Origin: Eukaryota sp. TZLM1-RC
Lineage: Eukaryota; Protista; Metamonada: BaSk clade
Reading direction: 5' to 3'
Length of the DNA: 64,000 nucleotides
Assembly (NCBI GenBank): GCA_040285825.1
Contig: JAUPSS010000007.1
Span: forward strand, 3,012,689-3,076,688
How positions within the stretch are numbered: position 1 is the stretch's first letter; the number at the start of each line of letters is the position of its first letter. Made by a program: the position numbers and the translations under genes. Positions 49,801 to 63,427 of this stretch are shown here, one piece after another. Below the pieces are notes generated by a model. It was not told where the DNA came from. It worked only from the letters and a program-made list of their open reading frames with translations, and made no database searches.

Positions 49801-52120
49801 TGGGGATGTTCAAATATAATCTCATTTTTGTTACAAATGCTTCATTAGGGGCACACAATCCAAATCTGCGTGTTACAATGGTTACAAAAAGTGAAGAATC
49901 TGACGACTTGTTTTCACAAACACCCTTTTCCAATAACAATGAGTGAAGATCTTGATTTAAGACAGCCGAGCTGCATATATTATTATAAAGCTCTTTTTCA
50001 TACATTCCAGTCAATCGTTTCTGTAATGTTCGAAGAGTGTACTTCAAATTTAAAACATTTTTTTCTGGAATATTGCCATTGAATGATTGGGGAAAACATC
50101 GACCCCATTTTTCTGAATCAATTTTTGAAATTTCTTCATTTAATGCAAAAACAGTGGAACTGTGCGTTGTCATCAATCAATCTTCCCAATCTGCAAATCT
50201 TTCGGAAAACTCAAAGATTTCATTTCTGCATCCACCAACAAAAGCACACGAGGTAAGTATAGAAGCCTTCGTCCACCCTAAACCGCCATAATGTGGACTA
50301 AGGTAAGCATGATCTGGAATTTGAAACATTTTGCATCCCAGTAATTGAGACAGAACTTTTGCACGTAATTCATTAAACTTCTGAGCCAATATAAATACAG
50401 TTTACAAAAAAACATCCAGTAAAAAATTTGCAAAATCGGGATTTTTTTGTTTGGTTATGCCAAGACGTACTTCATAATCCAAGCCTTCAAATATTACTGT
50501 CAGTTTTTGTTGAAGCTTCTTTACACAATACCTTAAATTAACTAAATTTCGTGGAGGAATTTCTTGAACTGAATCGGGAAAACATTTACACCAAATTTCT
50601 GGTGCAGTTTTATTAATAGCAACATCAACGTCATACAAATTTTTGGAAAATGATGGATTAAGCAAATGGCTATCTTCAGGAAAACGATTAAGAAATTCAA
50701 AAGTAAAATTTTTCCACCACCAACAAAAGCTGCTTGACACAGAATTGAAAATTTAATAAAGCCAACACCACCAATTTGTGAAGATAAGAACAAGTGGGCT
50801 CGAATTAACTCAGGATTCACTACTAATAGGGAAGCAAACAAAGTTACACGAAGTTGATTAAATGATCGGCAAAAATCAGTGGACAAAAATGGTGCTGTCG
50901 ATCTTAATAAATGAGTAATTTTTCCGGAGTAACAAATTTTTAAATTAGAAAATTTAATATGTTTTTCAATTTCTAATTCAGAAATTAATTGAGGCCCATT
51001 ACCAAGTTTTTCAGCAATTTCATTAAGATTTTCAGTTATTTTATCAACATTTCCTACCCCACAACCTAAAAAACGAAAGGCTTCGTGAGAATAATTGGTA
51101 AAAGGAATTTTACAATTATTAATTTCTTGATTATTAGTTATTTCTTGGACGCTGTTATGAAAGAATATATAAAATTGCTAAATACGCGAAACCCTTTTCC
51201 TCTTTAAATGAAAATTCTCATGTCCAATATAATTTATGTCCCTTTGTTTTTTCTTTGCTTGGTTCTTCATGTAAGGCTGCTATGGCATTCCTTGAGGATT
51301 TTGTTGTAATTGTAAAGGCAAGAACAGGAAGAATTTTCAATAGTGTTTACTGGCAAAACAGGATTGTATTTTCTATTTTTAAGAGAATGAAATTAATTTC
51401 TGATTCGCTCTCTTCGTTTGGCAAATTTTCTGAATCTTTGGCAATTAGTTGTTTTGATGTAAATGAGGCAAATTTATAGGATGTGGAGTTTTGGTTATGT
51501 ATTTCATGATTTCATATTCCTTATTAGATAAAAGAAATTTTGGCAGACAAATCTGTTAAGATTTCTCCTGCTTTTAACAATCATTTCAAATTCTGCCAAC
51601 AAACGTAAAGCAAGTGAAACAAATAGAGAAAATACAATTTGTATCCATTTGTATGCTGTTGGGTAGACAATTTGGACAACGGTTCACTATGGTTTTTGAT
51701 TGAAGAGGATCATGAATTTCAGAATTAACAAGCCTTTCATTTGAGACTTCACAAGGATCAACAGACATTACATCCACTAAAGTGAAGGTTCCATCTAATC
51801 CAGGTAACATCACCTCTATTACTCATGAAATCATCTTAGGCTTCAAACAGATTTGACAAATAGAGGTTCTGCAATTGTTTGTTAGAAAGTAATCAGACGA
51901 GAAACTGGGATAACATCCGTTTCCGCATAGACTCTTTGATAGACCAGATTCTTGCATTCATTACAACATTAAAAACAGTGTCATTGAAGGCATTGTGCAT
52001 TGTAGAACAAGAAATTATCAATTTGAGACAAATAAGAGCATGTTGTAAGGTGAGCTGTGATGAATTAGACAAATACATCTTGGTCAATTGGAATATTCAA
52101 ATATAATCTCATTTTTGTTA
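43880..52120. mobile_element. Second mosaic of more decayed non-LTR fragments (families B, C, D, E, F, G and RT pieces on both strands)
   Basis: For example D 44550-45275(+), F 45321-45928(+), C 45950-46436(-), G 46680-47310(-), E 48090-49080(+), F 49080-50388(-); many stops and frameshifts. Confidence 0.85.
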
Positions 52121-52271
52121 TTACTAACACATAGCCCAATCAAAAAATTAAAAAACCATTTGTTGAGGATTTGAAACAACTTTTGTAAAAAAACAATATA
52201 ATCAAGGATAAACAAATCCAAATTAAACTTAATTAAATTTACAAAAAATTGAAATACAATATATACATAAA

Positions 52272-53461
52272 CTACATTCTTTTTGGACTTCCCACCTCAG
52301 AGAACACCAAACGAGAATTACCCACATTCTGAGTTAACAAAGGCATTGTAAAGGAAGGGCTAGATTCAGGGTAAGGAGAAGCAGCCAATAAGTCCAACTC
52401 ATTGTTATTGAGTACTTGTAAATGCTTCTGATACTTGTTATACAATTCAGGGCTGATGGAAAGATCAAAGTCTACTAATGCCAAGAAGGAACGTTCTAGA
52501 GCGTTAACTTCTTGAAGAGAGAGTTCAGGGTAAAGCTTGTTGTAATCAGAATTGAAGAAGCTTTCATCATCACAGTATTTCTGGCTCACTACAACTGCTG
52601 AAAATAATATCTTCTTCCAGTTTTTGGAGGAGAGAACCAACCCAGTACGTTCTATAAGCCTATCAATGTAGGCCAACATAGCCACAGCAGGTTCATGACT
52701 CATGCGGGTGCGATAGGCAAAGCTGCTGTGAGAGAAATGGGGGGTGTTACATACGTGTATAAGAACCTGTACAAGTCTTTACAGGTGGGAGTTCGAGGAG
52801 TGTTTTCTTGGTCAAAAGGTCTGACAGTGTCTGTTGGTATTTTTAAAGGAGGAGGTCTGCGTCTAGCTTTGAGATGCTTTTGGTTTTCCACAATAACCTG
52901 GTTTAACACTCCACAGACAGATTCAATGGTTTGATCAGCATGGCGAGAACGAGGCCGTGGACGAGAAGGCTCACGAGGAGGAGGGGGTGTGGGTTTGGCT
53001 TGAGGTTGGGGTTGGTATTCCTCATTAGATTCCTGATGATTGTAATTGTAATCCTTATGCCGATAAACATGACGTTCCTCTTCCCTAGGCTTGTCATGAG
53101 CACTTTTAGTCGGACGTTGGCGAGCTTGACGACGGCGAGACACACGTTCGTCATAAGTAACTGGTTGTTCCGTTGTTGGAGCAGTCCTCGCTCTTCTGCT
53201 GTGTTGTAGATCAACTCTCTTGGTAGGAACATTACTAGTGGTAGTATAAGAATGCTGTTGTGTTATAGGAGGAAGTCTTTCAGTACAGTTGTTTCGAGCA
53301 CGTTGACTAGCGTCGCTTCGCGCAAGAAGGTTGGTTAAACGAGTCCGAATAGCTTGTCGACGTTGTTCCAACTCTTGTCCCTCATCTTGCTGGTCACTAG
53401 AAACCTGTAGGTTTTGAATTCTGTTTTGCAGAACTTGCTTTCTAAGGTCGTTTGGTGGCAT
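52272..53461 (-). CDS. Cyclin-fold protein (cyclin Y / PHO80-like) with a disordered N terminus; intron 52726-52754
   Basis: AMLAYIDRL..NWKKI..VVSQKYCDD..FNSDY..VNALERSFLALVDFDL; a 29-nt GTATGT..CAG intron joins ORFs 52700-53503 and 52272-52703 in frame; start codon uncertain. Confidence 0.85.
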
Positions 53462-53611
53462 TGAAAGATTGGAAAATGAAGTCGAAAATGACCCTTTATG
53501 CAAATCATCATTTCCAAATTCCCTTCAGCTTACACATTCTCGATTAGGATATCACTTATGTTTATTGGTTTACCTTCGTAGACAACCTCCATTTTCATCA
53601 TCTCTCATCTT

Positions 53612-54037
53612 ATGGTTGATATTTCTAGAGCAGCACAATCTGATCCACAATTCACATCACAGTCGATACATGGTTGTCTCCGTCCCCTTAGCCTCACCAC
53701 CTTTGCCAAGAAAGCAAGGACACAGTCCTGTGAGCAAGTGGAGACCTCGAAGGCGTTATCTCACAAGTATCCTCTCTTTCAACGAGGATGTGCTGCTTTC
53801 AAGGACGACACTGATGTGCTTTGTCTCTTGGTCAATGTAATGTCTGATGATACCCTTCTTCACCTGCAAGACTTTGTGAACAAGGTGAAAGTGCCAATGC
53901 AAGTAAAGAGATTTCAAGGTCCTGCTTGGCCCAATGTAGCCGAGGAACAAAAGCTGGTTCTTGCTTGTGGGTCAGCTGATAATATTGCTGTCTATGCACC
54001 TACGATTTATTTACTTTGTTACCGAGAGGAGCGGTGA
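53612..54037 (+). CDS. Hypothetical protein, divergent from the cyclin gene
   Basis: 141-aa ORF with coding-like GC; sequence turns AT-rich right after its TGA. Confidence 0.5.
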   Translation: MVDISRAAQSDPQFTSQSIHGCLRPLSLTTFAKKARTQSCEQVETSKALSHKYPLFQRGCAAFKDDTDVLCLLVNVMSDDTLLHLQDFVNKVKVPMQVKRFQGPAWPNVAEEQKLVLACGSADNIAVYAPTIYLLCYREER

Positions 54038-54535
54038 TTTGAGTTTTTTGTTATAAAGGTTGTTTCTTTTTCTTTTTTGGCCTTTTTCACTGTTTTCAAG
54101 GCATTTGAATAACATTTGAAGCATTATTTTATTAATGTCAAACAATTCTAAAAGAATATATATTATTAAAGTAAAATTGATATCATCTGTCAACAACATT
54201 GGCAAATTAAATACGATTTAATAAAATCGTTCTGTCTATGGTTTGAGTTCATGTTTCCTTTGTCCCAAATAACCCCCTCACTTCCAGGATTTTGACTGTT
54301 TTCTTATAAGATCAACTCAAATAACAAAGCTCAACAGACAACGTAAACTAAAGAGATTGAAGAAAAAGTCCAACAAACGAACTACACACTAGACTAGTTT
54401 TTAGTCTAGTTCGCAGTTTAGTCCGAAGTTTAGCTTTTTGCTTCTCTAGTTCAAACACTAATGGTCAACATTTAACAAGTATTTACAGTATTTTGATTGA
54501 AAAGTTAAATATGTATGTACAGTGCATTAAAAACA

Positions 54536-54850
54536 TTAGTAGAGATCCCAGGCGCTACGAATCACATAGATTGCGTCTTGCTTAGACTTGTTTCTGGGCC
54601 AAATGGTGTTGACGTAGTCTATAGCATCCTTGAAGGCTTCCGGATCGTACCTGCGGAGCTTGGCTACTTTGTGTGCTTGTAGTGTTATCACAAAGAGTCG
54701 ATCCTCGGCATTTCGAACAAGACTCCATAATTTATTTAAGCAATAATGAAATGCTTCTGCACCTGGATCAAGAAGCTGTTTGGTCTTGGGTTCTGGTGAA
54801 GTTGGAGCTTGCGTTATCGTGTCCAATGTTGGTGTCCTAACAAGAGCCAT
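54536..54850 (-). CDS. Hypothetical protein (104 aa)
   Basis: ATG-TAA ORF with elevated GC between AT-rich flanks. Confidence 0.55.
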   Translation of the reverse strand: MALVRTPTLDTITQAPTSPEPKTKQLLDPGAEAFHYCLNKLWSLVRNAEDRLFVITLQAHKVAKLRRYDPEAFKDAIDYVNTIWPRNKSKQDAIYVIRSAWDLY

Positions 54851-56059
54851 TTTGTAATCCCAAATATTCTATTTTCGGCAACTTTCTAAAAGTATTTTTG
54901 GATTGACAACAGATACAAATGTGACAGAACATCTTATATCAAAGCAACATCTGAGCTTGATAGTTGGAAGTCACGTGTCTCCACATACCCTTCTCAGGGT
55001 CCTCTCTGTGACGTTGCCATGTAACAATGAATACTCCTTCTCTATTTTGCAGTAGTGCTGGTTCCTGCCCTATTAAAGGTCTACGAATAATACATGGTCT
55101 TTCTGCCTCATGTCAATCTCATACATTCAAATATCTCACCCTCGTCGCACCCTCGTCGCACTGTGTTGCTTTTATTGATGAAGCTGTTTTCCACACGATG
55201 ATTCATATACCCTGGTCAAACTGGGAAAAACACTGTTCTTGATCATTTCTCATAGCATTACTCAATAAAAAAATGAGAAATGTTATGATTATTTTTGAAA
55301 CAAGACCTAATCTCTTCTACTCCTATTCCATGTTGAAAATTTCTAGAAAACATTACTTTTAGTTTCTTTAGAACCAATTGTGAACCCTACCCTACCCTAA
55401 CATACCATGATGTAGTGTGAACAAGGTTAAGTTGATTTTAGTAAATGTGATAACCCTACACAGACATAATGACCAACATGACTTCTCCTTTTTCTCTACA
55501 TATTCCATCTTTGTGATATTTAATTGATAATTTACACACTGCTAACCAAAATTTTTACTAAAATTTGTTGTTTACTTGATATTTCTGTTTCAATATACTG
55601 TTTAATAAAAAAATAGTTTTTGAGTTGTCAATGGTTGTGTTATATTGTTAGTTATGAATTCAAGATACTTTGGTTGTTCTACTTTGCAAGTACTCATTGG
55701 TAGTATTGTAGTAATACAGTCAGTTTATATTTCCCATCACTTCATACTAGTTTGGATATACTTCACCGGATAATCTTTGCTCTTTGTTGATTTAAGACAT
55801 TTAGTTACAAAAACATCAATTTTTAAATTATCTCCAGATACATTGACTAAAATCTTATATTCAAAAATCAAAATCAAAACGTTGATTATGTTACGTTAAT
55901 TTTTTCTTATTGTTTCCAAAATCAGTGGTACTGTTAGTAAGGTATTTGGTCGAAAAATTGTGAGAAGAAACCTATCGTTCCTCAATGACCGCAAAACGGT
56001 TCCTGTTTTTTTTCTTTGACTGATGCAAATTCTGAAACTCTTGAAAAACTTCAAAAGTT

Positions 56060-56925
56060 GCATCCTTAAGAAAATTTTAAGTGCAGCAAGCCTGATGTTT
56101 GTCCTTTTTGGATTGAAAATCAAATTTCTGCAATTGAAATTCTCAAAGCTATTCAAAAACTACCAAAAGTAAAAGCTGCAGGCCCATCTGGAAGCTCTTT
56201 TGATTTGTTGAAAATAGCGTGTTCCAGTGAAATTGTTGATGATCTTGCCTATTATTTTCAACAATTAATTGTTTTGAAAATTAATCCTCCATTTGAATTA
56301 TTAGCTGCACGTTTGATTGCTTTAGTAAAGCCAATTAATACAATTAAACCTAATGGTATACGTTCCATTGCTGTTGGTGAATCTTTATCTCGTTTGTTGG
56401 CATCGATTGCTTTTGATCGTGTCAAACACAAAGTTGCGCAATTTTTAAACCCTCATTAATTTGGAAAATAAACAATTAATAGTGCTTTTGTTGCGGCTCT
56501 TGCCTCTGATACTTTTTTTATTCAGACAACAATGATTCTATTTTTATCTTGACTTCAAAAACGCTTTTAGTTTCGTGAAAAGAAAGGACTGTAATTGAAT
56601 CTGATATTTCCGAGCTATCAAATTTTTTCTACCACTTTTATGGTAAAGAATCTGATTTAATATTTAATTCATTTGGTTCAAAATCATCTTTTGGTGTAAA
56701 ACAAGGTGAGCCTTTAGGTCCCTCATTGTTTTGTTTAGCTGTTTACAATACTTTATATATCATAATTCAAAAATACCCTTCCCTAAAAATAGTTGCTTAT
56801 ATGGGTGATATACTTCTGATTGTTTCATTTGATTCACTAAAATTGGCTGCTTAAGAAATTACCGATTCATATGAAAATATTGGGCAAATGCCTCCTGATT
56901 GGCTTCTCTGCTCAGGATCTTTTGT
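56060..56925 (+). pseudogene. Decayed non-LTR RT fragment
   Basis: Homologous to 1624-2086 and 23531-24207, with stops and frameshifts. Confidence 0.8.
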
Positions 56926-57229
56926 ATATCTCCCACGTAGCAAAAGTTTTCGTACAGTCTTATTCTTGGGTTGTTTCTTTGGAGTGAAAACCTTTTGGGG
57001 ACGAGAACCTGATTTTTGTTTAAGGAAGAATTTCCAAATAGAAAAAACATCCCATTCTCCTTTTTTTAAAACAAGACTGAATGTTCTAAACGCAACAGAA
57101 AAGGGAATGGAAGCCTTGGGACTGAGAACATTCGGAATCTTACATGGAGGCCGTAGTGTATCAAGCGAGGAGCAAACATGGCAAACATATAAATTATTTT
57201 CAAAATATAATTTTCAGCTTTTTCATTAC

Positions 57230-59080
57230 AGATAGCACATTACATTTTGGTAACCACATTTTGAGTTCATTAAGTGGCGTAAAGCAAGGAGATCCGTTAG
57301 GACCTCTTTTGTTTTGTTTGGCCATTCATCCTATTTTACTGCAAATTCAAGAGATGTTTCCTTCACTAAAAATGATTGCATATATGGATGATGTTGTGCT
57401 TATTGGTGATTTAAATATTGTGAAACAAGCAACTGTATGTTTTAAAGAATTATTTACCAAATTTGGTCTCCGACTTAATTTACTTATTTGTGTTTTGTTA
57501 TCGAATTCTCCAGTTTCCACAATAGTTGATGATACTGAAATTCAAGCCAATTTATATTCAATTGATGCTATTCGTCATTTGGGTTCGTTTTTAGGAAATA
57601 ATGATGAAATAACCAAAAAATTGTGTGAAAAGTTGAACTCAATTTCTGACAAAATTGACCGAATGATGAATTTAGATATAAAAAACACATCAAATTTACC
57701 ATTATAAGACTGTGTTTTAGTTCCAATTTTAATCATATATTTCGATCTACAAATCCTCTCGTCACTAGACCTTTGGCTCAAAAGGTCAATGAGTTACGTG
57801 CAAAAGTTCTGTCTCAATTACTGGGATGTAAAATGTTTCAAATTCCAGATCATGCTTACCTTAGTCCACATTATGGTGGTTTAGGGTGGACGAAGGCTTC
57901 TATTCTTACCTCGTGTGCTTTTGTTGGTGGATGCAGAAATGCAATCTTTGAGTTTTCCGAAAGATTTGCAGATTGGGAAGATTTATTGATGACAACGCAA
58001 AGTTCCACTGTTTTTGCATTAAATGAAGAAATTTCAAGAATTGATGTAGAAAAATGGGGTCGATGTTTTCCCCAATCATTCAATGGCAATATTCCAGAAA
58101 AAAATGTTTTAAATTTGAAGTACACTCTTCGAACATTACAGAAAAGATTGACTGGAATGTATGAAAAAGATCTTTATAATAATATATGCAGCTCGGCTGT
58201 TTTGAATCAACATCTTCACTCATTGTTATTGGAAAAGGGTGTTTGTGAATACAAGTCGTCAGATTCTTCACTTTTTGTAACCATTGTACCACGAAGATTT
58301 GGATTGTGTGCCACTAATGAAGCATTTGTAACAAAAATGAGATTATATTTGAACATCCCCATTAACCAATTATTATCAAAAGAAAAATGTATTTGTTCGA
58401 ATTCACCTCAACTCACTTTGCGCCATGCTCTGAATTGCTCTAAATTGATAACTTATCGTTCTTCATTACATGATGCTGTTAGAGACACTGTTTTCAATAT
58501 GGCACGAACTGCAAGGATATCGTGTATCAAAGAGCCCCTGCTGAAGGAAACACTTTCTCTAAATAATTTTGGTTCTGATGATAGAGGTGATGTATACTGT
58601 GATTGGATTGATAATTCTGAAGCTATTGTTGACTTTGTCTCATGTAATGTTGCAAATGATACTTTGGTTCACAGAAGAAAACTTAATCCGGTGGCTGCTC
58701 TGGATTTTAAAGCAAAAGAGAAACATAGAAAATATGATAAAGATATTGAAGAGGCAAATGTCGATAGAAATACACAGCTGGTTTTTATTGCTTTCCCATT
58801 TTCGATAAATGGAAGATTATCAGTTGAAGCAGAAACTTTTTTGAATGACTTCCAAAAAATGGTGCAAGAAAAAACAATGAAAAGATTTGATATTTTTTTA
58901 TGGCGTTCACGGATTCAATTTGCCATTATTAATAGATTACCGCGGTTTTTCAATCGAATTAGAGAAGCTTTAGCTAGACAGCAAGCAGATCAAGATTTTG
59001 TAGAGGAAATCTTGGTTCAATGATAGTCGTCCCATTAGTTATGAATTAATTTAATTAAGTGTGCAAATTCAATAAATACA
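57230..59080 (+). mobile_element. Family F, longest copy (RT core to RLE)
   Basis: GVKQGDPLGP, YMDD, GGLG, CIC..HALNC, HDAVRD, RGD; ends EEILVQ-TGA-TAG, AATAAA. Confidence 0.92.
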
Positions 59081-59085
59081 AGTTT

Positions 59086-59592
59086 TTAGATAGCACAATT
59101 ATCTGTTTGACGTGCTTTACGGCAACTATCTAAAACTACTGCGTCATTGTCTTCTGCAGTGCACTCATGTTTGGGAGGTAAATTGAATTCTAAATTATTT
59201 AATTCAGCAACAGCGGCAGTTACAGAATAAGAAATAGATTGTTTTTGGTAATTTTCATACTTTTTTGAATTTCTTTTATGACCAAGTTTATGACACAATG
59301 AGCAACGGGAAACATTTTTCGAGAGTTTTTTGTTTTTTGCGGCACAATGATCATTTTTTGAATTCAAACATTTTTGAGAAGAATTTCGAGCATAGCTTGG
59401 AGGGTGGGGAGAGTGGAGGAGTGAAGGGGATGAGCTTAATCTGACGGGTAGAACCTTCACTTGGGCATTCCAATCATCATCAGAGTCACTATCAGCCAAT
59501 GGCATCGTTTTGGCAAAGACACAGTACAACTTTGACGCCGAGACAGAAAGTGAAATATGAGAGGGTTGACCAAGGGAGGAAGAAGAAACAAA
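59086..59592 (-). mobile_element. 5' end of another non-LTR family (shared leader + zinc knuckle)
   Basis: 59371-59580 matches 6612-6818; then unrelated sequence with CSLCHKLGH. Confidence 0.75.
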
Positions 59593-61070
59593 TAAATTCT
59601 CAATATTTAAATTTTCTATTGATTCTAATTCATTTCCAAATTGAGTCAACAGAGTCGAAAGTTGACTTTTGACTTCTTCAATATTTCCGAGATAACAACC
59701 CAAAAAACGAAAACCAGACTGATCATAATTGATAAACGGAACATTAACATCATTAATGAAAAAATCAATTGGTTCATGGCCAATAATCAAACATTTGGAG
59801 ATATTTAATGAGAGACCAATATCTTTATAACGCTGTTGAATAAAAGTTGCTATTTGTTTGAGAACTGTAATGGGAGTAATTACAGAAATGTCATCCATAT
59901 ATGTTACAATATCTATTTCTGGGAAATTTTCTTTCAATTCGCACATTAATGGATGAATTGCCAGACAAAAGATAAAAGGACCAAGTGGATCACCTTGTTT
60001 AACACCTGAAGACGAAAGTAGGTCAAAGTTTTCGTAGATCAATGTTGATGATTTTCCATAACATGAATAGAAAAAAGACTCAACTTCAGAAAAATGCTTT
60101 CGCAGCAAAGGCAAAATGGAAGAACGTGATACAGAATTAAAAACATTCTTAAAATCTAAACTCAATATGTAAATAGGATTACTAGAATTAAAAAACACAT
60201 CAGACGAAAGAGCAGCAGATGAAGCACCATTAATTGTCTTGATTCCAAATTGAAATGGACTAAAAAATTCTTTGGCTTTTTTCCCAATTCTATTAAAAAC
60301 AAGAGACGCAAGAGTTTTAGAAAACGATTCTCCAATTGCAATTGAACGGATTTTGGATTGGCTTTCTTTGAGGGCAATTAAGCGAGCACTTGTCAATTCA
60401 ACAGGGACTTTAATTTTTAACGTAAGAAGTTTGTTAAAAAAAAGAACAAGATCATCAACAATTTCAGGACACTGTCCAACAGCTGATTTGATCATGTCAA
60501 AATTTAACAAAGATGGCCCAGGAGCTTTTCCAGTAGGCATTTGCTGAATCAGTTTCACTACCTCTAAAGCATTGACAGGATTTTGCAGCCAATAATCAAC
60601 TGAATCTGGTTCAGGACAATGAAAATTTTCTTCTGGATGAAGATGATTCAATTGGAAATGTACTCTCATTACATTCAGCTAAATCAGCAGAGAATAGACA
60701 TTGTTTTGCAGATCCAAAACGGTTTTTGAAAGCTAATTTTCTTACTAATTTTTCTTTCGAAAAAACATTTTTTTTAAAATATGATTTTTTCGATATAATT
60801 TTTTTATCTTTTTTCAGAAAAAATTTCCAAATCGGTGTAACAGCCCATAATCCTTTACGAAGATTTTCAGTAAAAGCACGAAGAACAACAGCAAAAGGTA
60901 TCGAAGCCAACGGACTAGGCTGAGCAGGAACACGAATGGAACAACGTAGCTGATCAGCAGCAACACAAGAATCACAAAAAAGTAAGGGTCGACCAGAATC
61001 ATTGACAGCAACAAGCTTTTGACAAAAAACACATTTTTTGTCATCTTTTTGATCTTTGTCAGAATAGGTT
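59593..61070 (-). mobile_element. Non-LTR N-terminal zinc ribbon + RT fragment
   Basis: CVFC..GRPLLFCDSC, GKAPGP, GVKQGDPLGP, YMDD. Confidence 0.85.
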
Positions 61071-62212
61071 ACCTGGAAGTTCCATATATTGATTATACTT
61101 CAACTAGTTTCTGCTTTCTTGGTTGCTATTTAGGTTCTGCCAAAAAACAATTGATAGCCTTGAAAACTATTTAAATTCAATTAAAAAAGAGGTAGAAGTC
61201 ACAAAGACCCTTGAATTGAAAAAACATCTCAAGTTTTTTCTTTTGAAAATTTGTTATGCTGGATTTACTTATTTACTTAGATCATTACCTCCATCCCTAA
61301 CTTACAATTTTTGTAGACAATTTAACAAAATACGTACAGAATTTTTAGCTTATTTAATGTCTGTTGATCCATCAATTTTGAAAAATCATATTGATTCTGA
61401 TGTGGTGTTGGATTCAATTCATCAAAGTATTTGACCAAATCTGCATTTAGTGGTGGTGGAAAAATTTTTGTATTTGAATTCTCTAGAAGATATCCTTTTG
61501 CCGAAAATCTTCTTGAAAACTATTTGAAACTATTTGAAACTACAAATAGCCTATTCCTCGATAACTTAAGAGAAGAAGTATTCAGTTTATCTCCCGACTT
61601 ATGGCAATCATGTTTCCCCATATCCATTCAAGAAATTCCAGACAGAAGTTTGTATTCTTTAAAATTTGCGTTGAAAAAGCTCCAACGACATCTTTTGAAA
61701 AATTTGAAAGTAAGGATTTTATTGTTCGACTTAGCACGGCTAGGAAAGAAAATCCTGCTTTTGCAAATTGTTGTTGATGTCGTAACAGTGGAAATTTGCA
61801 AGAAAAATGCCTTGAAAAATGCTCAATCCGAAGTATCCCCCCTTAATGACTCCGAATTGTACAAACGGAAAAAGTATGCAAATACTTTAAAAGAATTGAA
61901 ACATGTTCGCCATGTAGATTACCAAATTTGCCCATTTGCTATATCGTTGTATGGTCGTCTTGGAAAAACTGCTTTGAATTTTATTGATGATTTTGAAAAT
62001 CTTGTGAAAAGAAGAATGAATAAGCGTTTTGATCGTCGCTTGTCTCTAAATCGTATTGTATTTACTATTTTCAAATCAATTCCTAAAATGATTTCGAAAG
62101 CTTTGATGTCTGTCAATGCACATTACGAAGACATTGCTGCTGTGAGGTTTGATGGTGTGGAAGCTTGTTTTGAAGATATTGATTTTTAGACTGTGGTTTG
62201 GAAAATAAATTA
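61071..62212 (+). mobile_element. Family A, internally deleted 3' copy
   Basis: Ends FEDIDF-TAG at 62189; CCHC region deleted near 61768. Confidence 0.85.
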
Positions 62213-62363
62213 GAAAGGTGTCATTGATAGACTTTTTTGTGGTGCTTGGAGATTGTGGAATCAGTAATCAATTCATCAATGAAATTCAGCTGCCAACATG
62301 TTCATGTTGCTGATACTTCCAAAGGAAAAGATACAATCGAAGAATTCATCTTGAACAATTCAT

Positions 62364-63242
62364 ATGAATGCAGCAGAAGACTATCACCCGTGCCTAGTAC
62401 TGATGATGGACGAAACCATGGTACCCTGGATTCCAGTAAAGGGAAAAACTTATGCTCCAAAAGGTCAGAAAAAAATCAGTATTCAAGGATTAGGTGATAA
62501 AAGAGGCAACACAGCAACACTTACAATTTCGAAAGCTGGAGATTTGCTGCCATTACAATTGATTTGGGAAGGTAAAACACAAGTCAGTGTTCCAAATTAT
62601 GAATGGCCCAGTGAAGTAATTCACTCTTTATCACCAAGAAATGAGGGTGTATCAAAAGCTGCTGTTACAAAGTGGCAAAATGGACATAGTATTGTCGAGT
62701 ATTTGAGATATGTAGTAGGGAATTATTTGAAACGAATCAGAGCTGAACTTAAGGAAGGGTTTGAACTTGCAGGAGTACCAATGGGCGAACGTGCTTTGAT
62801 GATTTGGGATCACCATCATTCTCATAAATGTGAAAACGCTGTCCAAGTTTGCCAGGAGCTAAATATTGATCCTATTATGATTCCTGAAAGATCAACCGAT
62901 CTCTTTTGTGTTCTTGACATTTCTATAAACAAAGAATTTAAGGCCAATTTAAAGGGCAGTTTCGCAGACTATTGTGCTGAACACGTTCAAGATGCATTGT
63001 CAAAGGGAGTACCTGCAGAATGCATCAAGATGAAGTTGACCAAAGGAGCTTTGAATCACCATTTCGGAAGATGGATCATGACTGCTTTTCGTTTCGTTGA
63101 AACAAATGCGTCTCAATGGATCGCGTCAGGATGGGAAAAGGTCGTTAAAAACATCTCCACTTGTCTAGAATATGAAGCAGGTGATATCATAGAAATCAGA
63201 TCAGATTTGTCTGATATTGAGTCAGAGTATGAATGGTTGTAG
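62364..63242 (+). mobile_element. pogo/Tigger-type DDE_1 (DD35D) transposase, 5'-truncated
   Basis: MMDET, PLQLIWEG, IWDHHHSH, LDISINKEFK; 35 residues between the 2nd and 3rd Asp. Confidence 0.85.
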
Positions 63243-63324
63243 TTTGGTTTAACCTTCACTTATAAATGTTTGTCTTTAAAATTTGCACACGTGTTACCAA
63301 AAAGTGCACACGTGTAAACACTGT

Positions 63325-63394
63325 TTAAAAATAAGTGGGAATTTTTAAATTGGGAATTTTTCAAAAAATTCCCAAAATTCCCACTATTTTTTGA
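63325..63394. repeat. Nested palindrome / hairpin
   Basis: AAAAATAAGTGGGAATTTT..AAAATTCCCACTATTTTT enclosing TTGGGAATTTTT/AAAAATTCCCAA. Confidence 0.75.
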
Positions 63395-63427
63395 ACCAAT
63401 TCTAACCAATATACTTTAAAAGAAATG

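Noticed and set aside
55384-55400. ACCCTACCCTACCCTAA as telomeric repeat
   Set aside because: Only three imperfect units
59430-59490. Hammerhead in the shared 5' module (CTGATGA..GAAG on the minus strand)
   Set aside because: Core not conserved in the 6.7-kb copy (CTGATAC) and the stems are poor
59086-60669. 527-aa ORF as an RT protein with a C-terminal zinc knuckle
   Set aside because: Chance in-frame fusion at ~59593 of an RT fragment to the 5' leader of another element
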